Of a stretch of DNA of 37,347 nucleotides, positions 22,801 through 34,200 are shown piece by piece. Location: assembly GCF_902459465.1 (NCBI RefSeq), contig NC_047065.1:11656001-11693347 (forward strand). Direction: 5' to 3'. Both the position numbers and the translations under genes were made by a program. The stretch comes from Asterias rubens (Eukaryota). Numbering within the stretch: position 1 is the stretch's first letter; every line of letters starts with the position of its first letter. A model generated the notes under the pieces. The model was given only the letters and a program-made list of their open reading frames with translations. It had not been told where the DNA came from and did no database searches.

Positions 22801-23780
22801 TTAAGTTATTCCTTTGTTTAACAAAACAAATTAGAAGAAACAACTTTCCCATTGAAAGCACTAACGACAGTGCCAATTTCGTAATACAGAAAGAAACAAA
22901 AAATACTGCATGGGGGGTGGCGCGGTCTTTCATTCTGAAAAAAAACACGCCCCCCCCCGTTTGGAAAATCCTGGATCCGCCCCTGATAAGGTATTTTACA
23001 TGCGTTGGTAGTTGTTTAACAACACACGGGACCTACAGCTTTACGTCCCATCCGAAGGGAAATTTTCCCACTTGCGACAGTGCCAATTTCGTCGTACAGA
23101 AAAAGAAATTCAACTGCCCATGAGATTTACCGAAACAGTGGGTTATTTATGACCGCACAAACGCAATTGACTATTCAAAGTGTATACGGTTCAAACACTG
23201 CGTTAAATCGCATTGAAGGTCAGGTTCAAACCCTATGGGCATGGGTTCAATCGGTCATCGAATTTGCAAGAGAATAACGCCAGAAAAACACCAGATTGTT
23301 GCACTGCTGTGTGTGCTCTCGGACGCATACAAAATATAAAGCTTCAGCTCATGTTTGTTTATTATTTGAGTGAGAAATTACCTCATTTAAAAAAAACTAC
23401 GTTACTTCAGAGGAAGCCGTTTCCCATAATGTTTTATACTATCAACGGCTCTCCATTACTCGTTACCAAGTAAGGTGTTATGCTAATAATTATGTTGAAT
23501 TATTACCAAACGTGTCAAAAGCTGAACGTGTTCATCTTGGATTCGTGGGTTTTTAATTTTGTATGTAATTCCTACCTGATCCACTTCCTATACCCAGCAC
23601 ACGGAGTTCCTCATTCCCCTTCAGCTTGAAGGGAAGATGCTCAACAACCTCCTTAGGGAAATTGTTATCTCCCCAGTTGGCCAGTACTCTGAACTTAGCC
23701 GAAAGAGAAGCGTATAATTGAAACGCCTTCACGTAATGTTCCGGGTCGTGGAACAAACTCCGTAACTTTAATTCGGCCAT
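19806..23780 (-). CDS. Histamine N-methyltransferase-like class I SAM methyltransferase, copy 1, 294 aa; exons 23780-23576, 21582-21262, 20164-19806
   Basis: 205+321+359 = 885 nt, both introns phase 1 GT-AG. Similar to HNMT throughout: LRSLFHD...YVKAF, SAM motif I LGIGSGSGE, NRVVEP, FDWRQQT, FHFI...HSMYY, SGFW.LW, DGNLL.DFL, VLF.ND. Confidence 0.9.
20345..20534. mobile_element. Kolobok K3 remnant
   Basis: ttgttttactcatttctcaaaaactacagcac ... gtaccaatccctttaa. Confidence 0.55.
20731..21116. mobile_element. Kolobok MITE K1 (R)
   Basis: TTAA TSDs, TIRs, palindrome. Confidence 0.9.
23245..23520. mobile_element. Kolobok MITE K1 (R), degraded
   Basis: Homology to the K1 body. Confidence 0.7.
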
Positions 23781-24031
23781 TACTAAAAAGAATCGGGTCG
23801 GGTTTTTGAGGCCTTGACAGTTGAGCGACCCCGAGCTCCGGTAAACTCGTACTGTGCGATAGCAAACTCACAGTACCGCAGCGACGCTTGTATTATTACT
23901 CTCACTGGGTGTCCCTCTCACTGCAGCCTATACGGATGGTTACTACAGCGACGAACATTACTCAGTGGAGGGCCACACCAGCATTCATTCGTACAGGAAC
24001 GGTGAAGGCTGATCAAAACTTTGAAGAAGCT

Positions 24032-24369
24032 TTAAAGACAGTGTACGCTATTGGTAATTGTCAAAGACCAGTCTTCTCCTTTGGTGTATCTCAACATATG
24101 CATAAAATAACAAACCTGTGAAAAATTTGAGCTTAACCAGTCGTCGGAGTTGCGAGATAACTATGAAAGAAAAAACACCCTTGTCACACGAAGTTGTGTG
24201 CTTTCAGATTCGTGGAAATAACTTCTTTCTCAAAAACTACGTCACTTCAGAGGGAGCCGTTTCTCACAATGTTTATACTATCAACCTCTCCCCATTACTC
24301 GATACCAAGTAAGGTTTTATATGACAATAATTATTTTGAGTAATTACCAATAGTGTCCACTGCCTTTAA
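24032..24369. mobile_element. Kolobok MITE K1 (R), central palindrome deleted
   Basis: TTAA TSDs; ctttcagat|tcgtggaaa deletion junction. Confidence 0.88.
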
Positions 24370-24879
24370 TGAAAGCTCAACACTTCGTGAATGTTCGTGT
24401 TTTTCTGCATGCCGTTCCCCAGACAGAAACATTTAGCTGCTTTCACCTGCTACGTCTGGAAAACCTTAATCTCCTCGACGAACTGTGAGGGCGGATTCCC
24501 ACTTATTGTAGAGGCTGCTTGTTGACAACATTGGGAGGGCCAACGGGCCAACCGACAGACGTGGACCCGTATTTATTACTAACTATCACACCTTTATGAT
24601 ACACCCCTACAATTTATCCTATAGTATTATACACTCTGCAAATTCTAAGGCTCAATGTTAACACATCTGCATGTGTTTGGGCAGATCGTACAATGGAAGG
24701 GACCAGAAATCGATTATGGATTTTGTTTTTTTTACACGAGTGAATGCAGGTTCCCGCCGTGTGCTCGTATCGCCGCTTGGGGTCGACTCAGCCGATTTCG
24801 CAAAGCTCCGTATGTCCCCCTGAATCTGCACGGAAGACGGGGTCCCGAAAGCACGACCGAGGGGGCAGGCTGGGTTTGG

Positions 24880-25016
24880 GGCCTGGGACAGGGCCTTGGA
24901 AGGGCCTCGACCTGGTGCAAATGACGGCCTGGAACAGGGCCTGGGATAGGTTATGGGAGAGGTTCTGGAACAGGTTCTGGGACAGGGCCTGGACTTGGTG
25001 CAAATGACGGCCTGGG
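24880..25016. repeat. GC-rich 12-bp subterminal repeats with a duplicated Harbinger-like terminus
   Basis: Units like ggaacagggcct; ggtgcaaatgacggcctgg occurs twice and resembles the family A TIR gtgaaatcgacggc. Confidence 0.5.
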
Positions 25017-25405
25017 TCAAAAGTGTAACGCCTCAAAACATTTTCGATTACAGCCTATCCGAAAGCTAAAATTTCTTTAAAAATGGAAAACTTTTACATT
25101 TGTAAAATCAGTCATTCCCTTTAAATACAGAATTTAATCGGAAGCAAGTAAACAGTTTAATTAGGGTAAAACATGTTATCCGTACTTTTAATCACCATAA
25201 TTTACATACATTATACATTACAAGAAACAATTCTGTCAATCAAACTAGTTTATCAACAATTGTAATCGCAACAACTTTTTCCTGGCGTTTGTTTAAAAGG
25301 TTGTTGGTTCAAAATATAACCCCTCTCACACCCACACAGAAGCTTTTACAACTTTTAGATTGACTATATAGACTATGGGGGCTTTTGCAATTTTGAAATG
25401 CGACC

Positions 25406-25787
25406 TTAAAGACAGTGGACACTTTTGGTAATTGTCAAAGACCAGTCTTCTCACTTGCTATATCTCAACATATGCATTAATAATTACAAACCTGTGAAAA
25501 TTTGAGTTCAATCGGTCATCGAAGTTGCGATGAAAGAAAAAACACCCTTGTCACACAAAGTTGTGTGCGTTTAGATGGTTGATTTCGAGACCTCAAGTTC
25601 TAAATCTGAGGTCTCGAAATCAAATTCATGGAAAATTACTTCTTTCTCGAAAACTATGGCACTTCACAGGGAGCCGTTTCTCACAAGGTTTTATATCATC
25701 AACCTCTCCCCATTACTCGTCACCAAGAAAGGTTTTATGCTGCTAATTCTTTTTTGAGTAATTACCAATAGTGTCCACTGCCTTTAA
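25406..25787. mobile_element. Kolobok MITE K1 (R)
   Basis: TTAA TSDs, TIRs, palindrome. Confidence 0.9.
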
Positions 25788-26557
25788 AAGAAGATGTCCA
25801 AGCCAAGAATGATCTCGACAAAGCGCTAAACCAACGGGGGGTGACTTGGCTCGGTGGAGGGGTTGCCTTATTCATCCATGCTCCTCAGCCTTTGTTCAGA
25901 ATCAACAATATTAAGCGATTATATAAGTCTTTGTTGGGCGTATATCTTTGAGAGCTCATTCACCGGTGTTTACGCGGATCTCTTGGAGGTGTTATGCCAT
26001 GATGGGAATTCCGTGTACGGGTTGGAGACATTGTGCATACGGTATACTACACTGAAATTTCAACGTGTCACCTTGGATCTTTCTCGAGAGACTTCGAAGC
26101 TGTGTTTTCACTTCAACACATCATCTTTACACCAGGTAACTTAAGTATGTGTTTTTCTTTAATATCAGAGAGTTGAACAGTATAACATTCGTACAATTTG
26201 TTTGATTATTGGTTGCATTTTAAATTAGGCAAGTATTTAAGTAACTATTTTATTGGAAGGAAACTATCTAGTGAAATCCATGACAAGTCATACGTGTTAG
26301 ATTTGGTCATCAGTGGCTGTCTTGGCTGTCGCAGAACAGAACATGGCGCTATTCAGTCGGACCACTTCTATAACGGAAAAGTTTCCGTTTGGCGGCACTT
26401 TTCCATTTGATGCGTACAAAGATTTTAGTATCTAATTTACCTCAATGAGATATCCCTCTTTGTACAAAAAATTGTGAAATAGTGGTGGCGCCATACGTAA
26501 AGTTATCCCAATTATGTTGTACCCACTTTTTAAAATGATAAACATGTTTATCATTTT

Positions 26558-27628
26558 GAAACAGTAGTTCTTGTATTGTGATTAAATATGCAGATGACAC
26601 AGCCTTGACTGGATTAATTTCTGGCAATGATGAATCAGAGTATAGGATAGGAGTTAATCAGTTTGTTGATTGGTGTGAAAGAAATAACTTAGTTCTTAAC
26701 GTAAATAAAACAAAAGAAATGGTTTTTAACTTTCAAAAAAACATTCAACCTGTACAACCTGTTAAAATTAATGACATGTTGAAGTGGTAAAGGAATACAA
26801 GTATCTGGGAACTGTAATTGATGATCAGCTGAACTGGAACTCTAACACCACGAAAATCTATAAGAAGGCTAATCAACGGTTGTACTTTGTCAGGAAGCTG
26901 AAGTATTTTAATGTTAACACCCGGATTCTTAATCTATTTTATCAGAGTACCATTTTATCCTTGTTGACTTTTTGTGCAATCACTTGGTTTAATTCACTTT
27001 CAGTTTTTAATAGGCAAAAACTAGTTCGCATTACCAAACAAGCCAGTAGGATTATTGGTTCAGATAATGACGGTCTTCAGGAATTAGTTAAGAATAGACT
27101 TATGAGTAAGTTCCATTTGTCTGACAACACACATCCCCTTTACCCACTGATTGTTCACAACAAATCTGGTAGGATCCGTCAACTAAGCCTTAAGACTAAC
27201 AGGTTCAAGAACTCATTTTTACCTATTGCTATCCATAATTTTAACTGTGATTGTATTAGATAACTGCAATGCATCCAGCCCTGTGTACTGTCTTAATTGT
27301 TTATTATTGTTTTATTTGATTTTCTGGCATCTCCTGTGCAATTTGGCCTCTTTTAATTTGGGGAGGGGGTCCACTACCCAATCATGCTTTAGCGTTTGAC
27401 TGTTTGTTTGTTTGTTTGTTTGTTTGTTTGTTTTTGTTTTTTTGTTTTTTTATATAAACTTTCATTTTTTTAACTTACATTAAGGTTATTGTTTATGTAG
27501 TATTGTGGTAATTCTTGTGCAATTTTACATTTTAATATTTTATATGTTGCTGTACAATAGGATTGTAAATTCATGTATTTTTATATACTTGACGAATAAA
27601 CCATTCAATTCAATTCAATTCAATTCAA
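26558..27628 (+). mobile_element. 5'-truncated non-LTR retrotransposon, Rex1/Babar-like (CR1 group)
   Basis: RT motif KYADDTAL..., WC..N.L.LN..KTKEM, YKYLG, KKANQRLYF.RKL, NRFKNSF.P; one frameshift near 26785; 3' UTR ends AATAAA (27595-27600) plus (ATTCA)n tail. Confidence 0.88.
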
Positions 27629-27968
27629 CCTGTTCACATGGTTTGTAGGATTCAAACACACAAAACTAAACATGTTGACAATTTGAGCTCAATCGGTCGT
27701 CGAAGTTGCGAGATAATAATGAAAGAAAATACAATCTTGTCACATGAAGTTATGTGCTTTCACTGATGCTTGATTTAGAGACCTCAAACTCTAAACTTGA
27801 GATTTTGAAATCAAATTCGTGGAAAATTACTTCATTCTCGAAAACTACGTCACTTCAGAGGGAGCTGTTTCTCACAATGTTTTAATACCATCAACCTCTC
27901 CTTATTACTCGTTACCAAGTAAGGTTTAAAATCATGCTAATAATTATTTTTTAGTAATTACCAATAGT
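27628..27968. mobile_element. Kolobok MITE K1 (R), both ends lost
   Basis: Homology to the K1 body. Confidence 0.8.
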
Positions 27969-27972
27969 TTAT

Positions 27973-28006
27973 ACCATGGAGGTAGAATTATTTCTACCTC
28001 CATGGT
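27973..28006. repeat. Perfect 15-bp-stem hairpin
   Basis: accatggaggtagaa-ttat-ttctacctccatggt, with TA-rich flanks. Confidence 0.85.
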
Positions 28007-28039
28007 TTATACATGTGCATGTCGAACAAACTCATACAT

Positions 28040-28392
28040 GTACTTAGAAATGTTGTGAAAATTTAATCAATGGAGAGCTGTTGGTATAAACAAAAAATTG
28101 AGAAACGGCTCTTTCTGAATAGCGTAGTTTTTTGAGAAAGAGGTAATTTTCACTCTAATAGAAGATTTCATCAGGCGTGATGCATAATGATACAATGATT
28201 GTATCTATTATCTGCAAAGCACACACATTTTTGTGGACATTTTGTGTGTTCTTCCTTTTTATTCTCTTGCAATTTCGATGACCAATTGGGTTGAAATGTT
28301 CACATATTTGGTTAGTTTATGCATAAGGCTGCAATACACTAATTGAGAATACCGATCTTTGACAACATTACACAAAGTTGTCCGTGTTTTTA
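28040..28392. mobile_element. Old K1-related Kolobok MITE (F), degraded
   Basis: Patchy homology (caatggagagctgttg, gagaaacggctc, ctttgacaac). Confidence 0.6.
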
Positions 28393-28481
28393 ATATGAAA
28401 ACACAATGTTATATTCATTTCAGAGTCGGAATTTTTAGGAAGTAAGCCTCCAAGGGTCAGCCGGTGGCATGTGAGCTCAAA

Positions 28482-31400
28482 ATGGCGGGAGCGGTAAGTG
28501 AAGTATTGTTTTGATAAAACACTCGAAATTGTATATTTTTTGTTTTTTTTAAGTCCATAGTCAATGGTTTTATTCTAAGAGTCAGTAAGCAATATCTTAC
28601 TATATTTCAAGCACGAAACGTTTATGACCAGTCCGGCATCATTCGGTGCTCGGTTGTCAGGAATGCCAGTCAACACGCCTCCACAAGTTGCAAACTAGTA
28701 CAAACTAGCATAGACAATGTATATCATGCACGTACCACGTAGAAAGTTGATTTAAAATACCTTTCCAGTCTCACACAAGATAATGAAAACCAGGGTAGCA
28801 ATAACCATTATATTCAAGATAAGAGGAATTAAGGCAGGGCTTCAATTTTAGGACTCTTTTTACAAGTATTTTACAAGGAAATATTTAGAAAATGGACTCC
28901 CTCTACATGATATTTCGGCATTGACATAAAAGCTTATGGCGACCCTCACTAAATCAACTGACAAACAGTGCAAAATGCTAATATCAACCAAATTAAAGCC
29001 AGCTTTTTACAGTAGCGAGGAAATTACAGATTGACTCATAAACTTTAATCCTCTGCTCAATTTGATATGGGATTTATATTTGGCTCTCAAATCTGTAGTA
29101 TAGAGTACGTATTTTTTTGAGGGCCTTTGCACAGTAATAATGAGGCAAATGCTATGTTTTCTACCTGCATATCCATATAAGGTGGTGCAAACTTAAAGCC
29201 ATTGGACACTTTCGGTAAACAGTATTGTCCAAAGGCCCACACTTCGTATTTAACAACTTATATATAAAATAACAAACCTGTGAAAATTTGGGCTCCATCG
29301 GTCATCGGAGTCGGGAGAAAACAACAGGAAAACCCACCCTTGATTCCGGACGTTTCGCCGTGTCATGACATGTGTTTAAAATAAATCTGTTATTCTCGAT
29401 AACGAGAATTTATAATTGTTTTAAAGACAGTGGACACTATTGGTAATTGTCAAAGACCAGTCTTCTCACTTGGTGTATCTAATCACATGCATAAAATAAC
29501 AAACCTGGGAAAATTTGAGCTCAATCGATCGTCAAAGTTGCGAGATAACAATGAAAGAAAAAACACCCTTGTTACACGGAGTTGTGTGCTTTCAGATGCT
29601 TGATTTCGAGACCTCACATTCTAAACTTGAGGTCTCGAAATCAAATTCGTGGAAAGTTACTTCTTTCTCAAAAAATAATCCATTTCAGAGGGTGCCGTTT
29701 CTCACAATGTTTTATACTACCAACCTCTCTCCATTACTCGTTACCAAGTGAGGTTTTATGCTGATAGTTATTTTGAGTAATTACCAATAGTGTCCACTGC
29801 CTTTAACGTTTTCTCAAAAAGTAAAGCATTTCATGGAATAATATTTCAAGAGAAGTCTTTCACCATTACCTTCTGTAAACCCTGGAAGTTATTTGTAAAT
29901 CTGTAAAACTTTTATTTGTTTTTCTGTTCCGAAAGTGTCCAATGGCTTTGAATGACGGTAACTCTTTTAGGTCACTGCCCCATTTGTTTAGTTTTTAATT
30001 CAACAGATATTATGTTTAGCCTTCGTGAAAGACTTTTTTTTTTGCAGAAGTTATGTTATAAGGAGAATATACCTTTTCGCAAATACCATTGCGCAAGCGC
30101 AGACTGTTGAATGAGGTGCATTGTGAGATAGGTATGGATCAAATTTGGACACCAGCTAGACCACAATGCACCTAATTCGAAAAGGTCTATGGACGAGAAA
30201 GTGTAGACTCCAATTATTGACTCCAGTTCTTGATTTTTCTCTTTAGAAAGAAATCTTCATGTGCGTTGTAATCGTCGGTCTGATTGTTCAAGGATGTTTC
30301 TTATTGATGACTTCAAGCGTTCACAAACATAAGAACATTGTAGACATGACGAACATTCGGGCCATGACAAACGACATCAACCATCCTGCAATAGAGCGCC
30401 ACCAGCGGTCAAATAACGAGAGTGAACAATTAATTGCGAACGATGTAGATAAACAAAGTCCGCAGCAATTAAGGGTTGCCTCGACCAAGTTGTTGACCAT
30501 TGATCCAGCCACTGTCAAGAAGACGCCTCCAAACTCGTCCACAGAGGGCCGCTGCCATTACAGGGTCCAAGTGTACGACAAAAATGGAAAACTTTCTGTA
30601 CACAAACCAGTGCTTAAAAATGTTGTTAAACGATCTACAGGCGGAGCAGTTGTACGAACCACCATACCCTGCGACAATCAGTGCACTATTGAGCTCACTC
30701 TCGCTGATGAAAAGAACAAGTTTGAAGGAATGGATGCAGTTGTCTTTCATTTCATGAAACTCCTTATTCCAAAACCCCTTCCAGAGCCGGCACATCCCAA
30801 CCAGACGTGGATATATCACTCGTGGGAGTCCCCGCGTTCAAACAACGGCGAAGGTTTAAAGATCAACCGTCTACCTGTCCACGCCACGTGGACATACCAC
30901 CGGGGCTCGGAGATCGTCACTCCGTACGGATTCTACCGGCCAGGGGTCCCCATGACAAACCAGACGAAATCACCCAAAGAATGGGTTAAAGGAAAGAGGA
31001 AATTGGTAGCGTGGATGGCCAGTAACTGTGTTAACACCTTCTGGCCAAGGAGTGCCTTTGTGAGTGAATTGAAGAAATTGGTTCCCGTGGATACTTATGG
31101 AGCGTGCGGATCGTTGAAATGCACACCGAGCTGGTCAAAGAAATGCACGGTGGACTTACTGCGACAGTATAAGTTCTACCTATCTCTGGAGAATGCGGAA
31201 TGCGGTGATTACATCACGGAGAAACTATGGCAGAAACCGCTGATGCAAGGAGTGGTTCCAATCGTCTACGGTCCCAACAGAAAAGTCTACGAGGATCTCA
31301 CACCTCCAAACTCATTCATATACGTCGGTGATTACAAGAACGTGAAAGAACTCGCGGATTACCTGAAACTGTTGGACTCCAAACCCGAGCTGTATGCCCA

Positions 31401-31626
31401 ATATTTAGCGTGGCAGTACAAGGGTAGCATTGGACTTCCTAAACCGATGCACGAGTCACATGAACCTACCATCTTCTGCAATCTTATACCGACGATAGAG
31501 AAAGTTAGACGGGGGGAGTTGAAGAGAGTGCCGGTCGGACAAAGCAAATTTGCAAGAGCGTGTAGGGCTCCCGTTAAAGGTCGATCGGTCTCAATTTACG
31601 GTGTACGGAAATGGGACCCTTGGTAA
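28482..31626 (+). CDS. Glycosyltransferase family 10 alpha-1,3-fucosyltransferase, type II membrane protein, about 463 aa; join 28482-28493, 30247-31626
   Basis: ORF 30259-31626 carries DAVVFH, WESP, VAWMASNC, the GT10 motif YKFYLSLENAECGDYITEKL, VPIVYG and SFIYV. An acceptor (tttctctttag) ends at 30246; upstream aaaATGGCGGGAGCG|gtaagt joins in phase 0 to give MAGAKEIFMCVVIVGLIV (short tail plus TM). The main exon is certain; the start-codon exon is inferred. Confidence 0.9.
29193..29952. mobile_element. Kolobok MITE K2 interrupted by a K1 copy
   Basis: K2 halves 29193-29424 and 29803-29952 rejoin to match the intact copy at 14255. Confidence 0.88.
29421..29806. mobile_element. Kolobok MITE K1 (R) nested in K2
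   Basis: Exact TTAA duplication of the host gttTTAA site. Confidence 0.9.
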
Positions 31627-32062
31627 AATAATATTTATAAAAATTGATTGATTTATAGTGTGTACATTCCATTAAAATATACACAAGCGCGTAACAAAAT
31701 ATAGACAATGCTTACAAAGCAAACAACTGGTAAAGGCAAGGAAATACGAAATACCACCCTAAATAAGAAAGACAACATTATTCACAGGGCAAGGGAAAGC
31801 GGCCTTCTTGGATTTATTAAAAACAAGAGTTTAAAAAGCAATTAGGTAAACAGAATAATACTAATAATGATATTCAAAAAAAATAGTTAAAGGCCTGACG
31901 GTTCGAGCATAACAGAGTCTTATTAATATAAGTAGCGTTTATTATTTCATTGTGATTAGTCTTCGGTTTTTTTTGTTTTGTTTTTTTTCAATTCAGAAAA
32001 TAAATCTTTCCGAAGAAGGTTTTAGGCGGCAAAAAAACCAGAGTTTGCAAGTAACAGAGCGC

Positions 32063-32377
32063 TTAATGGAACACGTTGCCTTGGATCGGACGAGTTGGTC
32101 TATAAAAAGCGTTTATAACCGTTTGTCATAAAACGCCTATGGTTGGAAAGATGTTTTCAAACTAGAATTCAATGATCCACACAATATTATTTGCGAACTA
32201 ACACGGTCGGCCATTTATGGGAGTCAAACATTTTTTTTTTTACTCCCATAAATGGCCGACCGTGTTAGTCGACGAGGTAAAAGGAAAACCGTGCAATTTC
32301 AAGGCGTGTTTGTGTGAATCAATATATTCTACTTTGAAAGACCAACTCGACCGATCCAAGGCAACGTGTTCCTTTAA
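32063..32377. mobile_element. Kolobok-type MITE family K6
   Basis: TIR ggaacacgttgccttggatcgg.cgagttggt; central palindrome ggtcggccatttatgggagt...actcccataaatggccgacc. Confidence 0.85.
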
Positions 32378-32741
32378 AGGCACATGACACTACTATTGGT
32401 AATAATATTGTAAGCATAAAAAGTTACTTGTTCAACGATCAATGGAGAGCTGTTGATAGTACAACACATTGTGAGAAACGGCTCCCTGTGAAGTTACGTA
32501 GTTTTCGAGAAAGAAGTAATTTTCCACCAAAATATTTGAATTCGATTTCGAGCCCTCAAAATTAGATTTTTAGGTCTCGAAATCAAGCATCTAAAAGCAC
32601 ACAACTTCGTGCGACAAGGGTGTTTTTCTTCCATTATTATCTCGACGACCAATTGAGCTCAATAACAGCGTTGTTATTTTATGCATATAAATGAGATACA
32701 CAAAGTGCGATGACAATACAAATAGTGTCCAGTGTCTTTAA
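32374..32741. mobile_element. Kolobok MITE K1 (F), sharing TTAA with K6
   Basis: gttccTTTAAaggcac junction; ends gtccagtgtctttaa. Confidence 0.85.
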
Positions 32742-32994
32742 GAATACACTGAAAAATAAAACCAAAGTAAATTTACATAATTCGTTTTTATATTATGATA
32801 AAAAAGAGCAAAGCATTACAAAATGGTCAACTATTAACAGCTGAGCGGCAGGCAGGATGACTGTAGGCAATATCAGTTTGTTTGTTTGTTTAGCCAGAAA
32901 TGTTCTATAAAGTTAGGTGCAGGCACCACGCAAGGCAAGTCACAACTTTATTAAAAGTCTAAATTATCATTATATAGATGTGGTTGTTTTAGTT

Positions 32995-33402
32995 CAGGGC
33001 CCAAATTCATAGAGCTGCTCAAGCACAAAACTTTGCTAAGGCAAACAAATCCTTGGTTAGTACATGTGTACAATCAGATTACTGGCCAAGACATACACTC
33101 AATGGGGGGCTTTTAAAACGCTTGGTGGCAGCAGACTTACCAGGTAAAAACCATTGTTCTCGGTAATGCGCGCATGCTCAGAACTACGTAAACAATGGAA
33201 ATTTTACCGGGTAAGTCTGCTGCCACATAGCGTTCCAAAGTCTCCCATTGTTGTGCTAAGTTAACAACGGCTAAATACCAGTCACAAGCAATGTATATGG
33301 CATGAAATTTTTGCTAGGAACATGTGAAAAATATTGAGCAAGCTATTTTCGTGCTTAAGCCGTTTTTTTTTTGCTTAAGCAGCTATATGAAATTGGGCCC
33401 CG
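32995..33402. mobile_element. Harbinger-like MITE family C with a nested element
   Basis: TIR ggcccaawttcatagagctgct, flanks cag/ccg. Confidence 0.8.
33100..33250. mobile_element. Unclassified MITE nested in family C
   Basis: About 47-bp TIR caatggg...ggtggcagcagacttacc.ggtaa; no clear TSD. Confidence 0.7.
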
Positions 33403-33689
33403 GCAACATCAACAAACACCAAGAATGTTAGCTTGGGTGCTACAAATATTCATAGCATTATGTAACAATTAAAAATTTACAAAAGTGAGTTTTACCTGCG
33501 ACGTTATTTCTTGATTTGTGCTGTCTATAAGCATAAGTTGCAAATTTGAAAAATCGTTATAATATTGTAATTTTTTGTTTTTTTAAATGGTTATTGATCG
33601 TCGACGAAGTCGAACACTATCGACCAGTGATGAACCTGTCACATACTAAGATAGATATAAGATATGTATCAAATGCAATTATTTGAGAT

Positions 33690-34200
33690 TAACTTGAAAA
33701 TTAGTGAGAACAAATTTTACTGAGGTGGCAATATGGTTGTACTAAGTTTAGAGGGAATTTCTCACTCAAATTATGAAAAGACTTCAGACCTGAAGCCTTT
33801 TATTGGCCGTATGAAAGCATACAAATTTGGTCGTTTTTTCTTGCATTATTCTCTCGAAGACGATTGAGTCGATAATTTCACAGGTATGTTGTTATGCATG
33901 ATTATGTTAAGATACACCAAGTGATAATCTTGGCCCAATTTCATAGAGCTGCTAAGCACAAAAATTTGCTTAGCATGAAATGTTTGCCTTGCTCAAAACA
34001 GGATTACCACCCACATTTCCACGTGATTTTTAGGATAAGCAAACAACAGCTGATTACCAGTAACAAGCAATATTCAACAAATGGAAATTTTGTTGGTAAT
34101 CCTACTGTTTTTATCAATGACGAAATTTCACGCTAAGCAATTTGTTGTGCTTAGCAGCTCTATGAAATTGTGCCCAGGTCTTTGACAATTACCAAAGGTG
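33690..34200. mobile_element. Old K1-related Kolobok MITE (F) interrupted by Harbinger-like family C
   Basis: Host halves ...gatacaccaagtgataat | gtctttgacaattacc rejoin to the K1 consensus. Confidence 0.65.
33932..34174. mobile_element. Harbinger-like MITE family C
   Basis: 28-bp TIR ggcccaatttcatagagctgctaagcac. Confidence 0.85.

Noticed and set aside
22850-23110. Degenerate direct repeat cgacagtgccaatttcgt..tacagaaa about 210 bp apart
   Set aside because: Most likely two remnants of a small repeat or an old local duplication in an intron; nothing suggests function.
24658-25036. Overlapping Pro/Arg/Gln-rich ORFs on both strands
   Set aside because: Explained by GC-rich 12-bp repeats and a duplicated Harbinger-like terminus; no splice or homology support.
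28482-31626. A saponin biosynthetic cluster with this fucosyltransferase as the sugar-adding enzyme
   Set aside because: GT10 enzymes are Golgi-luminal and transfer alpha-L-fucose to glycans; small-molecule glycosides are usually made by GT1 UGTs, and sea-star saponin fucose is beta-D.
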